From assembly GCA_051117475.1 (NCBI GenBank), contig JBNPEE010000032.1:5947-69946 (forward strand): a stretch of 64,000 nt of DNA, read 5' to 3'. This document shows positions 57,204 through 64,000 of the stretch, piece by piece. The notes under the pieces were generated by a model. It searched no databases. It had not been told where the DNA came from and saw only the letters and a list, made by a program, of their open reading frames with translations. Source of the DNA: Anaerolineae bacterium (GTDB lineage: Bacteria; Chloroflexota; Anaerolineae; Aggregatilineales; Phototrophicaceae). Each line of letters begins with the position of its first letter. The first letter of the stretch is position 1. Position numbers and translations under genes: made by a program.

Positions 57204-59264
57204 ATGGCATCGGTTGCATTGGAATCAGAGCATAAGCCCAAGCTGGATGAGCGCGAATATCGCAAGCGGATTCGAGCGTGGATTTTGTATGACTGGGCGA
57301 ACAGTGCCTTCGTCACCACCGTATTGGCGGCACTCTTGCCCCCGTACTTTAGCGCGGTTGCCGGAGCAACGTTACCTTCAGAAGCCACCGCCACCGCCTA
57401 TTGGGGCTTCACCCTCAGCATCTCAACCTTCATCATAGCCATTCTCTCGCCGATTTTAGGCACGATCTCGGACATCAAACGCGGTAAAAAAGTCTTTCTG
57501 GCGATCTTCATGGCGCTGGGCGTGATTGGCGCGGGCTTATTGGTATTTGTGGGCACGGGGGATTGGTTTATCGCGGCGTTGTGCGTGGTGCTGGGGCGCA
57601 TCGGCTTCACGGGTGCGAACGTGTTCTATGATTCGCTTCTGCCCCATATCGCCCGCGAAGAAGATCGTGATACGGTCTCAACACGCGGATTTGCGCTCGG
57701 ATACCTCGGCGGGGGCTTGTTGCTGGCGGTCAACGTGGCGATGTTTTTGCTAATCCCCGACACGCTGTTTGAGTTTGCTGGCATTCGCCTCTCGTTCTTG
57801 AGTGTGGCAATCTGGTGGTTGGTCTTCTCGATACCGATCTTACGCAACGTGCCCGAACCTCCGTCTGACACGGTTGAACTTGGTGAAGGCGAGACGCTAT
57901 TCAGCGCTACCGTACAACGCCTGCGCGAGACCTTTGGTGAGTTGCGCCAATACCGCGAGTTATTCAAATACTTGATTGCCTTCTTGATCTACAACGATCC
58001 GATCAACACGATCATCGGCTTGGCGGCAATTTACGGCGCGGAACTCGGTTTCGGCACTCTGGAGCTGGTGCTGGCGTTGCTGTTGGTGCAGTTTGTCGGC
58101 GTCCCTTTCACGTTGATCTTCGGCAAATTGCCCGCCCGCGACGATCAACGCCGCCATCAGTACCTCGCTTATATCTTATTCAATCTGGTGATGTTGCCGA
58201 TTGTGGCGACTATTGGCGCACGTGTGTTGCCCCTCGACATCACCGGCAACCAACCTACACCCTATGTCACCGAAGGCGAGTTCTACGGAGAAGGTGTGTA
58301 TGCTGTCGGTGAGCCCGCCTTGCAAGCTGACGCGGGCTGGTCAGAGCGCGTGGTATCGGGTGAAGAACTGGTGGGCGCGACCCTGCTGACCGCTTTCGTC
58401 GATGTGCCGGATGCTGTCACCTATGCGGAAACCACCATGCCAGAAGCCGAATACCGCTTCGGATTCAACGGTCAAAATTTGGCGCTGACCTATGCCGTGC
58501 GTCCCGATGGAGGCATCATTAACGTGCTGGTTGATGGTGAACCATTGATCGCGGGCGAGGGTGACGAGGCGCAACCGTTCACCATTGATACCTACAACGA
58601 CACGGTGCGCTATAATGACACAGTCACGATTGCCCTGCCTGAACCCGGGCAATATACGATCACCCTGCGCAACGATCCCGCACCGAATAGTGAAAGTGCC
58701 GGCACAGCGATCGCTATTGCTTCAATCGAAGTGTTGCCACCGGTGCGCGTCAACGATCTGGCGTTGATTATTGGGGTGTTGTTCGGCTTACAGGCGATTG
58801 GGGTGCTGTTCGCATGGTTGACCGGTAATCTGTTCCGTCCGCTTGCCGAAGCAATGGACACACGGCGCAGTATCCTACTTTCGATCATCATGTACGGCGT
58901 GATTGCCGTGTGGGGCTTCTTCCTCAATAGCACGATTGAGTTCTGGTTCCTCGCGTGGATGGTGGCGACGGTGCAGGGTGGCAGTCAGGCGCTCAGTCGC
59001 AGTTTGTATGCCAGCCTCAGCCCATCATCCAAGAGTGGCGAGTTCTTCGGTTTGTTCAGCATCTTATCGAAGGGCGCTTCGGTGATCGGAACGGGTATCT
59101 TCGCTGTTGCGGCGCTGACCTTCGGCAGTAGCCGTCCAGCGATCCTCAGCTTGGTGCTGTTGTTCATCATCGGTGGCTATTTGCTGATGCGTGTGGATAT
59201 CGAAGCCGGGCGCCGTGTTGCCCGCGAAGCCGATGCACAGGCTTATGGCAATAGCGCCACCTGA
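57204..59264 (+). CDS. MFS transporter, UMF1/Atg22-like family, with large inserted extracytoplasmic domain
   Basis: The N-terminal YDWANSAF motif is typical of the UMF1 family, and the protein has 12-14 hydrophobic helices. A ~175-aa hydrophilic beta-rich insertion lies at nt ~58230-58750. The start is set at ATG 57204, preceded by GAGGGG; the ORF track begins at TTG 57186. Confidence 0.75.
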   Translation: MASVALESEHKPKLDEREYRKRIRAWILYDWANSAFVTTVLAALLPPYFSAVAGATLPSEATATAYWGFTLSISTFIIAILSPILGTISDIKRGKKVFLAIFMALGVIGAGLLVFVGTGDWFIAALCVVLGRIGFTGANVFYDSLLPHIAREEDRDTVSTRGFALGYLGGGLLLAVNVAMFLLIPDTLFEFAGIRLSFLSVAIWWLVFSIPILRNVPEPPSDTVELGEGETLFSATVQRLRETFGELRQYRELFKYLIAFLIYNDPINTIIGLAAIYGAELGFGTLELVLALLLVQFVGVPFTLIFGKLPARDDQRRHQYLAYILFNLVMLPIVATIGARVLPLDITGNQPTPYVTEGEFYGEGVYAVGEPALQADAGWSERVVSGEELVGATLLTAFVDVPDAVTYAETTMPEAEYRFGFNGQNLALTYAVRPDGGIINVLVDGEPLIAGEGDEAQPFTIDTYNDTVRYNDTVTIALPEPGQYTITLRNDPAPNSESAGTAIAIASIEVLPPVRVNDLALIIGVLFGLQAIGVLFAWLTGNLFRPLAEAMDTRRSILLSIIMYGVIAVWGFFLNSTIEFWFLAWMVATVQGGSQALSRSLYASLSPSSKSGEFFGLFSILSKGASVIGTGIFAVAALTFGSSRPAILSLVLLFIIGGYLLMRVDIEAGRRVAREADAQAYGNSAT

Positions 59265-59298
59265 GCATCCCACCTATACACATAGTGATGGTATGATA

Positions 59299-59330
59299 AG
59301 AGGCGGTTACGCTAGTGAACCGTCTCTTTT
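59299..59330 (+). terminator. rho-independent terminator after the MFS gene
   Basis: A 10-bp stem, AGAGGCGGTT / AACCGTCTCT with one G-U pair, has a 9-nt loop and is followed by TTTT. It lies 35 nt after the stop at 59264. Confidence 0.6.
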
Positions 59331-59364
59331 GTAAACAAGCACAAGAAAACGAACGCAGATCATC

Positions 59365-60174
59365 ATGGCAGACTTACCCCAACTCAATCAAGGTGCAGAA
59401 CCTCGCTTTTACCGCGGGGGTGATGTGGGCTGTCTGGTGGTGCATGGTTTCATGGCATCGCCGGCGGAAGTCGCGTGGGCAGGAGATTATCTCGCTCAGC
59501 AGGGCTATACTGTCTACGTTCCACGCCTGACCGGACACGGCATTAATCCGCGCCATATGCGACGGATGCGCTGGCAAGACTGGTATGCACAAGTCCTCGA
59601 TAGCTATCATATCTTGCGCCAACAATGCCAGCGCGTGGTTGTGATCGGGCATAGTATGGGAGGCTTGCTGGCGCTCTTGCTGGCATCCGAGCATCCGCTC
59701 GATGCGCTGGTGGTCAGTGCCTCACCGTTCATGCTAGGGGCGCGGAATACGTCGGTGCGTTATGCGCGGTGGCTTGACTACCTGATGCCTTATACGATTC
59801 ACGAGAGCGAGCCAGAACTCAACGCGCAAATCGTCGCGGAACAGCGCCAACGGGGCGAGCCGATCACGAGCCGTGTGCATTATCGACGCTGGTCGTCACG
59901 GGCGGTGCATCAATTTTATCTGCTGGAGCAATCAGTACAGGCACACATCACCCGTGTCAGTGCGCCTCTCTTGTTGTTGTATGCTGAGCAGGATAGCACC
60001 GGCACACCAGAGGATGCGCAACAGATTGCCCGCGCGGTGCGTAGTACACATATCGAGACCTATCTGCTCGATGCAGGTGGTCATATCATTTTTCAGGATC
60101 GTGGGCGTGGTGAAGCCTTCGCCGCGCTGGTAGATTTCATCGCCCGTATATTAGCTATGGAGGAAGTATCCTAA
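59365..60174 (+). CDS. alpha/beta hydrolase (carboxylesterase / lysophospholipase-like)
   Basis: It has CLVVHGFMASP, the nucleophile elbow VIGHSMGG, and a late GGHIIF histidine region. Length is 269 aa. Confidence 0.82.
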   Translation: MADLPQLNQGAEPRFYRGGDVGCLVVHGFMASPAEVAWAGDYLAQQGYTVYVPRLTGHGINPRHMRRMRWQDWYAQVLDSYHILRQQCQRVVVIGHSMGGLLALLLASEHPLDALVVSASPFMLGARNTSVRYARWLDYLMPYTIHESEPELNAQIVAEQRQRGEPITSRVHYRRWSSRAVHQFYLLEQSVQAHITRVSAPLLLLYAEQDSTGTPEDAQQIARAVRSTHIETYLLDAGGHIIFQDRGRGEAFAALVDFIARILAMEEVS

Positions 60175-60464
60175 TGTTTGAGGATTTGATGGGCCGTTTA
60201 GGCGCGTTCTGGATCAGTCTCAAGCTGACGTACCGTCTGTTTTTGGATAGTCGTGTGCCCGTGTGGACGAAAGCAGTGCCCCTATTGACTGTACTGTATA
60301 TCGTCTCGCCAGTTGATATCATTCCTGATTTTTTGCTCGTGATCGGGCAATTGGATGATTTCATCCTGATGACACTGGGCTTTCAACTCTTTGAACGCCT
60401 CGCGCCGCCGGATGTGGTTGCTGAGCATCGTTATCAACTGGAGCAAGAACAAAAAACTTCGTAA
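60174..60464 (+). CDS. DUF1232 (YkvA-like) membrane protein, copy 1
   Basis: SPVDIIPDFLLVIGQLDDF matches the D-x-IPDF-x-P-x-G-x-DD signature of DUF1232. The ATG overlaps the hydrolase stop (TAATG). Confidence 0.72.
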   Translation: MFEDLMGRLGAFWISLKLTYRLFLDSRVPVWTKAVPLLTVLYIVSPVDIIPDFLLVIGQLDDFILMTLGFQLFERLAPPDVVAEHRYQLEQEQKTS

Positions 60465-60567
60465 TCTCCAACGCAAAAGGACGAGTTTGCACTCGCCTTG
60501 CTGGTTGTTTTCACTTAGAGAACGTTCAACAGATTGCCCGCGTATTAGCTATGGAGAGACTAACGTG

Positions 60568-60858
60568 ATGTCTGACGATATGATGAGCCGTTTTAGAGAA
60601 TTCAGGTTCAGTCTCAATTTGACCTATCGCCTATTTTTAGATCACCGTGTGCCATTGTGGACGAAAGCAGTGCCTGTGCTGATTGTGCTTTATATCTTCT
60701 TACCGTTTGACATCATCCCGGACTTTTTGATAGTCTTCGGTCAAATCGATGAGTTCATCGTGCTGACACTTGGCATTCAATTGTTCGAGCGTATCATACC
60801 GTCGGATGTTGTCGCTGAGCATCGCTATCGACTGAAGCAAGAGCAAAAAAGTTCGTGA
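60568..60858 (+). CDS. DUF1232 (YkvA-like) membrane protein, copy 2 (tandem duplicate)
   Basis: The start at ATG 60568 (MSDDMMSRF) aligns with the copy-1 start. The PFDIIPDFLIVFGQIDEF motif is present, and by eye about 70 percent of residues match copy 1. The 59-codon upstream extension in the ORF track runs through the duplicated intergenic DNA. Confidence 0.72.
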   Translation: MSDDMMSRFREFRFSLNLTYRLFLDHRVPLWTKAVPVLIVLYIFLPFDIIPDFLIVFGQIDEFIVLTLGIQLFERIIPSDVVAEHRYRLKQEQKSS

Positions 60859-60860
60859 CC

Positions 60861-60892
60861 TCCAACGCAAAAGGGCGAGTTTGTGCTCGCCC
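60861..60892 (-). terminator. terminator-like hairpin between convergent genes (DUF1232 copy 2 / coiled-coil gene)
   Basis: GGGCGAG-TTTGTG-CTCGCCC is a perfect 7-bp stem at 60873-60892. On the minus strand it is followed by TTTTGCGTT. It lies 29 nt downstream of the stop at 60921. An imperfect copy sits at 60479-60497 in the first duplication unit. Confidence 0.5.
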
Positions 60893-60920
60893 TGTGTGGT
60901 ATCTGAATATCCATTCGCCC

Positions 60921-61748
60921 TCATTGCAGGCGTAACATTTGCCCCTGAACTTCTTCCATCGCTTCGATGGTATCTTGCAAGCTCATGACCTCATCTTGAA
61001 TTTCGAGGCGCATCCGTTGTTGCTTGCTACCATCGACACTGCCCCGCGTACCGAGCAAAGACATCTGCGCGTAGACCGTTCCCAATGAGGAGAGCGTGGT
61101 CTCTAGCTGAATTTCCGCCCGTTTGATGCTGTTCTGTGTCTGTTCGAGATTGGCTTTTTGCTGTTCGAGCAGGCGCAACTGCCGTTCGAGGTCATCACGC
61201 ACGCGCTCATCATCTTCGCGTTCAATACGTACTTTGACTTTCTCGATCTGTTGGGGGACAGTGCGCATATCGCGCAATACCAGATCGTTGCCTTCAAAGC
61301 TATCAATATGTGAGGCGAGATCGTACATCGCCGCAATCCAATTGTTGACCTGATTGAGTGTGTCGTGTAATTCGACACGCATACCGCCCGTATGCCGTTT
61401 CATGAGTTTGAGCATATTACGCCGATATTCCATCGCAGTGCGTAGACGCTCGCGTGAGGTGCTGTTGCGGATCATCGAGAGATCATAACTGCTCTCAAAT
61501 TCGCGGGCAAGTGCTTCCTGTGCTTCTTCGGGATCGGTCAGCATGGACATAATCAGTGCGCCTTCTGCCGCGCCCCCTAAGATCAACCACACGAAAGCCG
61601 GCATGGTCAGCCCGAGTAGCTCAAAATTACCAACACCGATGAACAGGATCATCGTCAGCAATAAAGTGACAAAACTCTCCCACCGCATCACGGCGTTCAT
61701 TAACAGTGTGCCAAATACTTTGCGACGGGCATCGTTGCGCTCGGTCAT
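60921..61748 (-). CDS. membrane-anchored coiled-coil protein encoded downstream of pspA, function unknown
   Basis: Two N-terminal TM helices (FVTLLLTMILFIGVGNF, AFVWLILGGAAEGALIM) are followed by ~190 aa of heptad-like, charge-rich helices (ERVRDDLERQLRLLEQQKANLEQTQNSIKRAEIQLE). Confidence 0.6.
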   Translation of the reverse strand: MTERNDARRKVFGTLLMNAVMRWESFVTLLLTMILFIGVGNFELLGLTMPAFVWLILGGAAEGALIMSMLTDPEEAQEALAREFESSYDLSMIRNSTSRERLRTAMEYRRNMLKLMKRHTGGMRVELHDTLNQVNNWIAAMYDLASHIDSFEGNDLVLRDMRTVPQQIEKVKVRIEREDDERVRDDLERQLRLLEQQKANLEQTQNSIKRAEIQLETTLSSLGTVYAQMSLLGTRGSVDGSKQQRMRLEIQDEVMSLQDTIEAMEEVQGQMLRLQ

Positions 61749-61913
61749 TGCTTTTCCTCATATGGGCTAGCTTGAGTCATGATTACTTTGATGATAACAC
61801 CCGATAGAAACAGCGTCTATTGATGGTTGTACAGGGACGCTATTTCGTATCAGGTGCTGTGCTGCATGATTGCGTGCAGGGTGGGCTAACAATCAGTGCA
61901 GATCGTGGCCTAC

Positions 61914-62597
61914 TCACTCGCCACTGTTCAGTAAACGACGACGACGTTCTTCCAATTGCAGTTCAATTTCGTTAGTGCCAACTGTCTGATCAATCTCCTC
62001 AGCTAGACGCATGGAGGCGATTTCCTGACGGGCATCTTCGGTATCGATGCGCTGACGAATTTGCTCCGCAAGGCTGCTGATCTCGGCATCGTCCACTGTG
62101 GCGATCTTGTCGATCTTTTTGACCGTTTTGGTCATCTGTTTCTTGGATTCCATCAGTTCCAGCAAGGAGCGCAAGCGTTCGCGTTCTTGTTTGATGGTGG
62201 TCATACGGCTTTCGAGCTTAACGCGCATATCGAGCATTTGCTGATATTGCTTCTGTTGCGCTTGCCATTGCTCATAATAATCTTGTGCCAGCTCTTGCTT
62301 GGTATTGAGTTCAGCTTGTGCAGCAGCAGCTAGATCATCCTTACCCTTCATGATGAGGGTGTCGATATCACGGTCTAATTTCTCGGCCTGGTTGGCGAAT
62401 TCTTCATATTTACGCTTCAGTGTGCGTACCGTACCGCCAACTGTTGCCGCTGAATCTTCAAGGGCTTCAAGGTTGCGCTCAACATCACGGATGTACTGAT
62501 CCATCACCGTGAGCGAATTACCTTCCAACGCACGGTCTACAATGCCGTGCAGATTGGCGCTGACTAACGTGTTAATTTTTTGGAGTAATGAAGCCAT
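61914..62597 (-). CDS. pspA: PspA/IM30 (Vipp1) family protein
   Basis: The N-terminus MASLLQKINTLVSANLHGIVDRALEGNSLTVMDQYIRDVERNLE matches the PspA/IM30 amphipathic helix and helix-1 pattern. The rest is a long coiled coil, and the 227-aa length fits. Confidence 0.85.
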   Translation of the reverse strand: MASLLQKINTLVSANLHGIVDRALEGNSLTVMDQYIRDVERNLEALEDSAATVGGTVRTLKRKYEEFANQAEKLDRDIDTLIMKGKDDLAAAAQAELNTKQELAQDYYEQWQAQQKQYQQMLDMRVKLESRMTTIKQERERLRSLLELMESKKQMTKTVKKIDKIATVDDAEISSLAEQIRQRIDTEDARQEIASMRLAEEIDQTVGTNEIELQLEERRRRLLNSGE

Positions 62598-62666
62598 ATG
62601 GAGCGATCCCCTATCTGCTTTTTGAATGGGTTGATATTTATTTCAGTATACACGAACAGCGAAGGC

Positions 62667-62684
62667 TTGCAAGCATATTGCCCA
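62667..62684 (-). promoter_or_regulatory. sigma54-type -24/-12 promoter candidate upstream of pspA
   Basis: The minus strand reads TGGGCAATATGCTTGCAA. GGCA and TTGCA are spaced as in the consensus TGGCACG-N4-TTGCW, with 12 nt between the first G of GG and the G of GC. The -12 element is about 70 nt upstream of the pspA ATG at 62597. Confidence 0.4.
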
Positions 62685-62835
62685 TGCGCCGTGTTCGCGT
62701 GCTTATTGACATTATACGTGTTCACGATGAAAAGGTTGCGCCCTGAACCGAATAATTCATTGATTTCCAATGTAGGCTTCAGAGCAGTGATGCGAGAGGG
62801 TCACCTGATGAGCAAGTGCCCCTCTTGTTTGACGT

Positions 62836-63975
62836 TCAAGGCGTTTCCGGGGTAGGGACTTCGATCTTGATCGGTGTTTTGACGGTGAACGTACTGCCTT
62901 CACCCATCGTGCTGGTCACTGAGCAACTGCCGTTGTGATATTCGACAATCCCTTTGACAATTGCCAACCCACTGCCAGAGCCTTGGTCTTCGAATTGTTC
63001 CCGATTAATCTGGTAGAAGGGTTCCCAGATACTCTCCAACTCAGCTTCCGGTATGCCCCTGCCGTAATCCGTGACACGCACCACCAGCATATGATCTTCC
63101 ACACTCGCTCTCAGGGTGATGGTATCACCATCTGCCGAGAACTTGGCGGCATTATCCAGCAACTCGCGGAAAACCTGTGTCATGTATTGCACATCTAGTT
63201 CGACTGCTGGCATGTCGTCTTGAATTTCTATCACGAACTGGCGTGGTCGAAGCTCAGGATTATCTGCTTGCCGTACGGCTTCGTCTGTTAAGAAGCTGAG
63301 GTCTTGCACCGGACGCTTGCGCCAGGCAATTGTCTTTGCGGCTTCGCCACTGTCTAATTCAACGACGGTGATGAAGTTCTCAATCAAGCGCCGCAAGCGA
63401 TCCGCACCAGAATTCACACCATGTAAGAAGGTCATCACTTCTTCAGCGGAGGTTTGCGACGGGTCATACTCTTTGAGCATTTCAGCATACGCTACAACGA
63501 GCGTCAACGGCGTGCGAAATTCATGATTGAGAATAGTCAGGATTTTTTGCTTGTTGCCATAAATTTCATCTTCTGCCACGCGGGCAATGGCACGATGCCG
63601 TTTCAAGCTGGCGCTGACTGCCACGAGTAAATCTTCTGCGTCAAACGGTTTAGTCAGGTATTGATCGGCACCGAGCATTGAGCCTTTGTAACGATCAGTT
63701 TTCTCACCTTTTGCTGTCAAGAAGATGAACGGTACGTGTATCCACCGGTCTTCTTTACGCACTTCTTCTAAAAATTGGAAGCCATCCATATGAGGCATCA
63801 TCACATCGGAGACAATCACATCCGGTGGGTTAGCTGGATCAGATCGCAATACGGTAAGGCCATCACGCCCATTGGCAGCAGTCAATACGTTGTAGTTCTC
63901 TAATTCGAGAATATCCCGTATACCCGTTAACAGATGAGCATCATCTTCGACGATTAAAACACGAATAGCTTTCAT
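62836..63975 (-). CDS. receiver-histidine kinase hybrid (REC - HisKA - HATPase, no sensor domain)
   Basis: The receiver shows VLIVEDDAH, DVIVSDVMMPHMDGF, FIFLTAKG and TKPF. It is followed by the H-box LNHEFRTPLT and by LLDNAAKFS, DYGRGIP and GSGSGLAIVK. Confidence 0.9.
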   Translation of the reverse strand: MKAIRVLIVEDDAHLLTGIRDILELENYNVLTAANGRDGLTVLRSDPANPPDVIVSDVMMPHMDGFQFLEEVRKEDRWIHVPFIFLTAKGEKTDRYKGSMLGADQYLTKPFDAEDLLVAVSASLKRHRAIARVAEDEIYGNKQKILTILNHEFRTPLTLVVAYAEMLKEYDPSQTSAEEVMTFLHGVNSGADRLRRLIENFITVVELDSGEAAKTIAWRKRPVQDLSFLTDEAVRQADNPELRPRQFVIEIQDDMPAVELDVQYMTQVFRELLDNAAKFSADGDTITLRASVEDHMLVVRVTDYGRGIPEAELESIWEPFYQINREQFEDQGSGSGLAIVKGIVEYHNGSCSVTSTMGEGSTFTVKTPIKIEVPTPETP

Positions 63976-64000
63976 AGTTGATAATCCTTGATACCGACAC

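Larger units (their letters stand above)
60140..60897 (+). repeat. tandem duplication, two ~394-bp units each carrying a DUF1232 gene plus flanks
   Basis: TTAGCTATGG occurs at 60151 and 60545, and CTCCAACGCAAAAGG at 60466 and 60860, giving a period of 394 nt. Similarity runs through the coding region and the downstream hairpin. Confidence 0.85.

Noticed and set aside
60391-60567. A 59-codon N-terminal extension of the second DUF1232 ORF (the 155-aa version).
   Set aside because: The extension runs through the duplicated intergenic and terminator region and the hydrolase relic. Copy 1 starts at the position homologous to ATG 60568.
1-64000. I looked for tRNA, rRNA, CRISPR arrays, transposases, integrases, reverse transcriptases and toxin-antitoxin pairs.
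   Set aside because: No intergenic region contains a T-loop-like GGTTCGAATCC-type motif. The only GGTTC[GA]A matches lie inside coding sequences (around 4766 and 26890). There are no regularly spaced direct repeats and no ORF with recognisable mobility-enzyme motifs. This was a by-eye scan only, so small or degenerate elements could have been missed.

Overview
This is a 64-kb chromosomal segment with about 43 protein-coding genes packed with short spacers. Reading by eye, I found no rRNA, tRNA, CRISPR array, transposase or integrase. All domain calls come from motif recognition in the supplied translations; no searches or computations were run. G+C looks roughly balanced, with two clearly AT-rich patches: the 45022-45401 intergenic region and the 56291-57061 gene. 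The gene content includes giant multi-GAF kinases, PspA/IM30, SelA, an FprA-type reductase and a BTAD regulator. This suggests a filamentous Chloroflexota-like bacterium, but that is inference only. The dominant feature is GAF-based signalling, which covers about 28 kb of the 64 kb. (i) A roughly 20-kb, nine-gene, minus-strand array (27514 down to 7234) has spacers of at most 32 nt or overlapping stop/start codons. It encodes two stand-alone receivers, five consecutive GAF proteins with no output domain, a 2789-aa hybrid histidine kinase, and finally a threonine-synthase-like PLP enzyme fused to a receiver domain. An EamA/DMT transporter follows it. (ii) Two further paralogous polytopic GAF-PAS histidine kinases lie at 28487-36335. 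The five output-less GAF proteins share an ungapped 51-residue C-terminal tail ending in IRL[G/K]. The tail looks like the first helix and strand of a GAF domain, cut off where the giant kinase continues into a full GAF. This operon, with a PLP enzyme as its apparent phosphorelay output, is the best candidate for an undescribed system. The rest of the window encodes envelope functions (sulfotransferase, GT-C-like membrane protein, O-antigen-ligase-like protein), housekeeping enzymes (ThrC, Xth, cyclophilin, M24 peptidase, SelA, FprA-like reductase) and secreted or unknown proteins. It also carries a PspA/IM30 locus with a sigma54-like promoter, a tandemly duplicated DUF1232 gene, and a low-GC pentapeptide-repeat gene.
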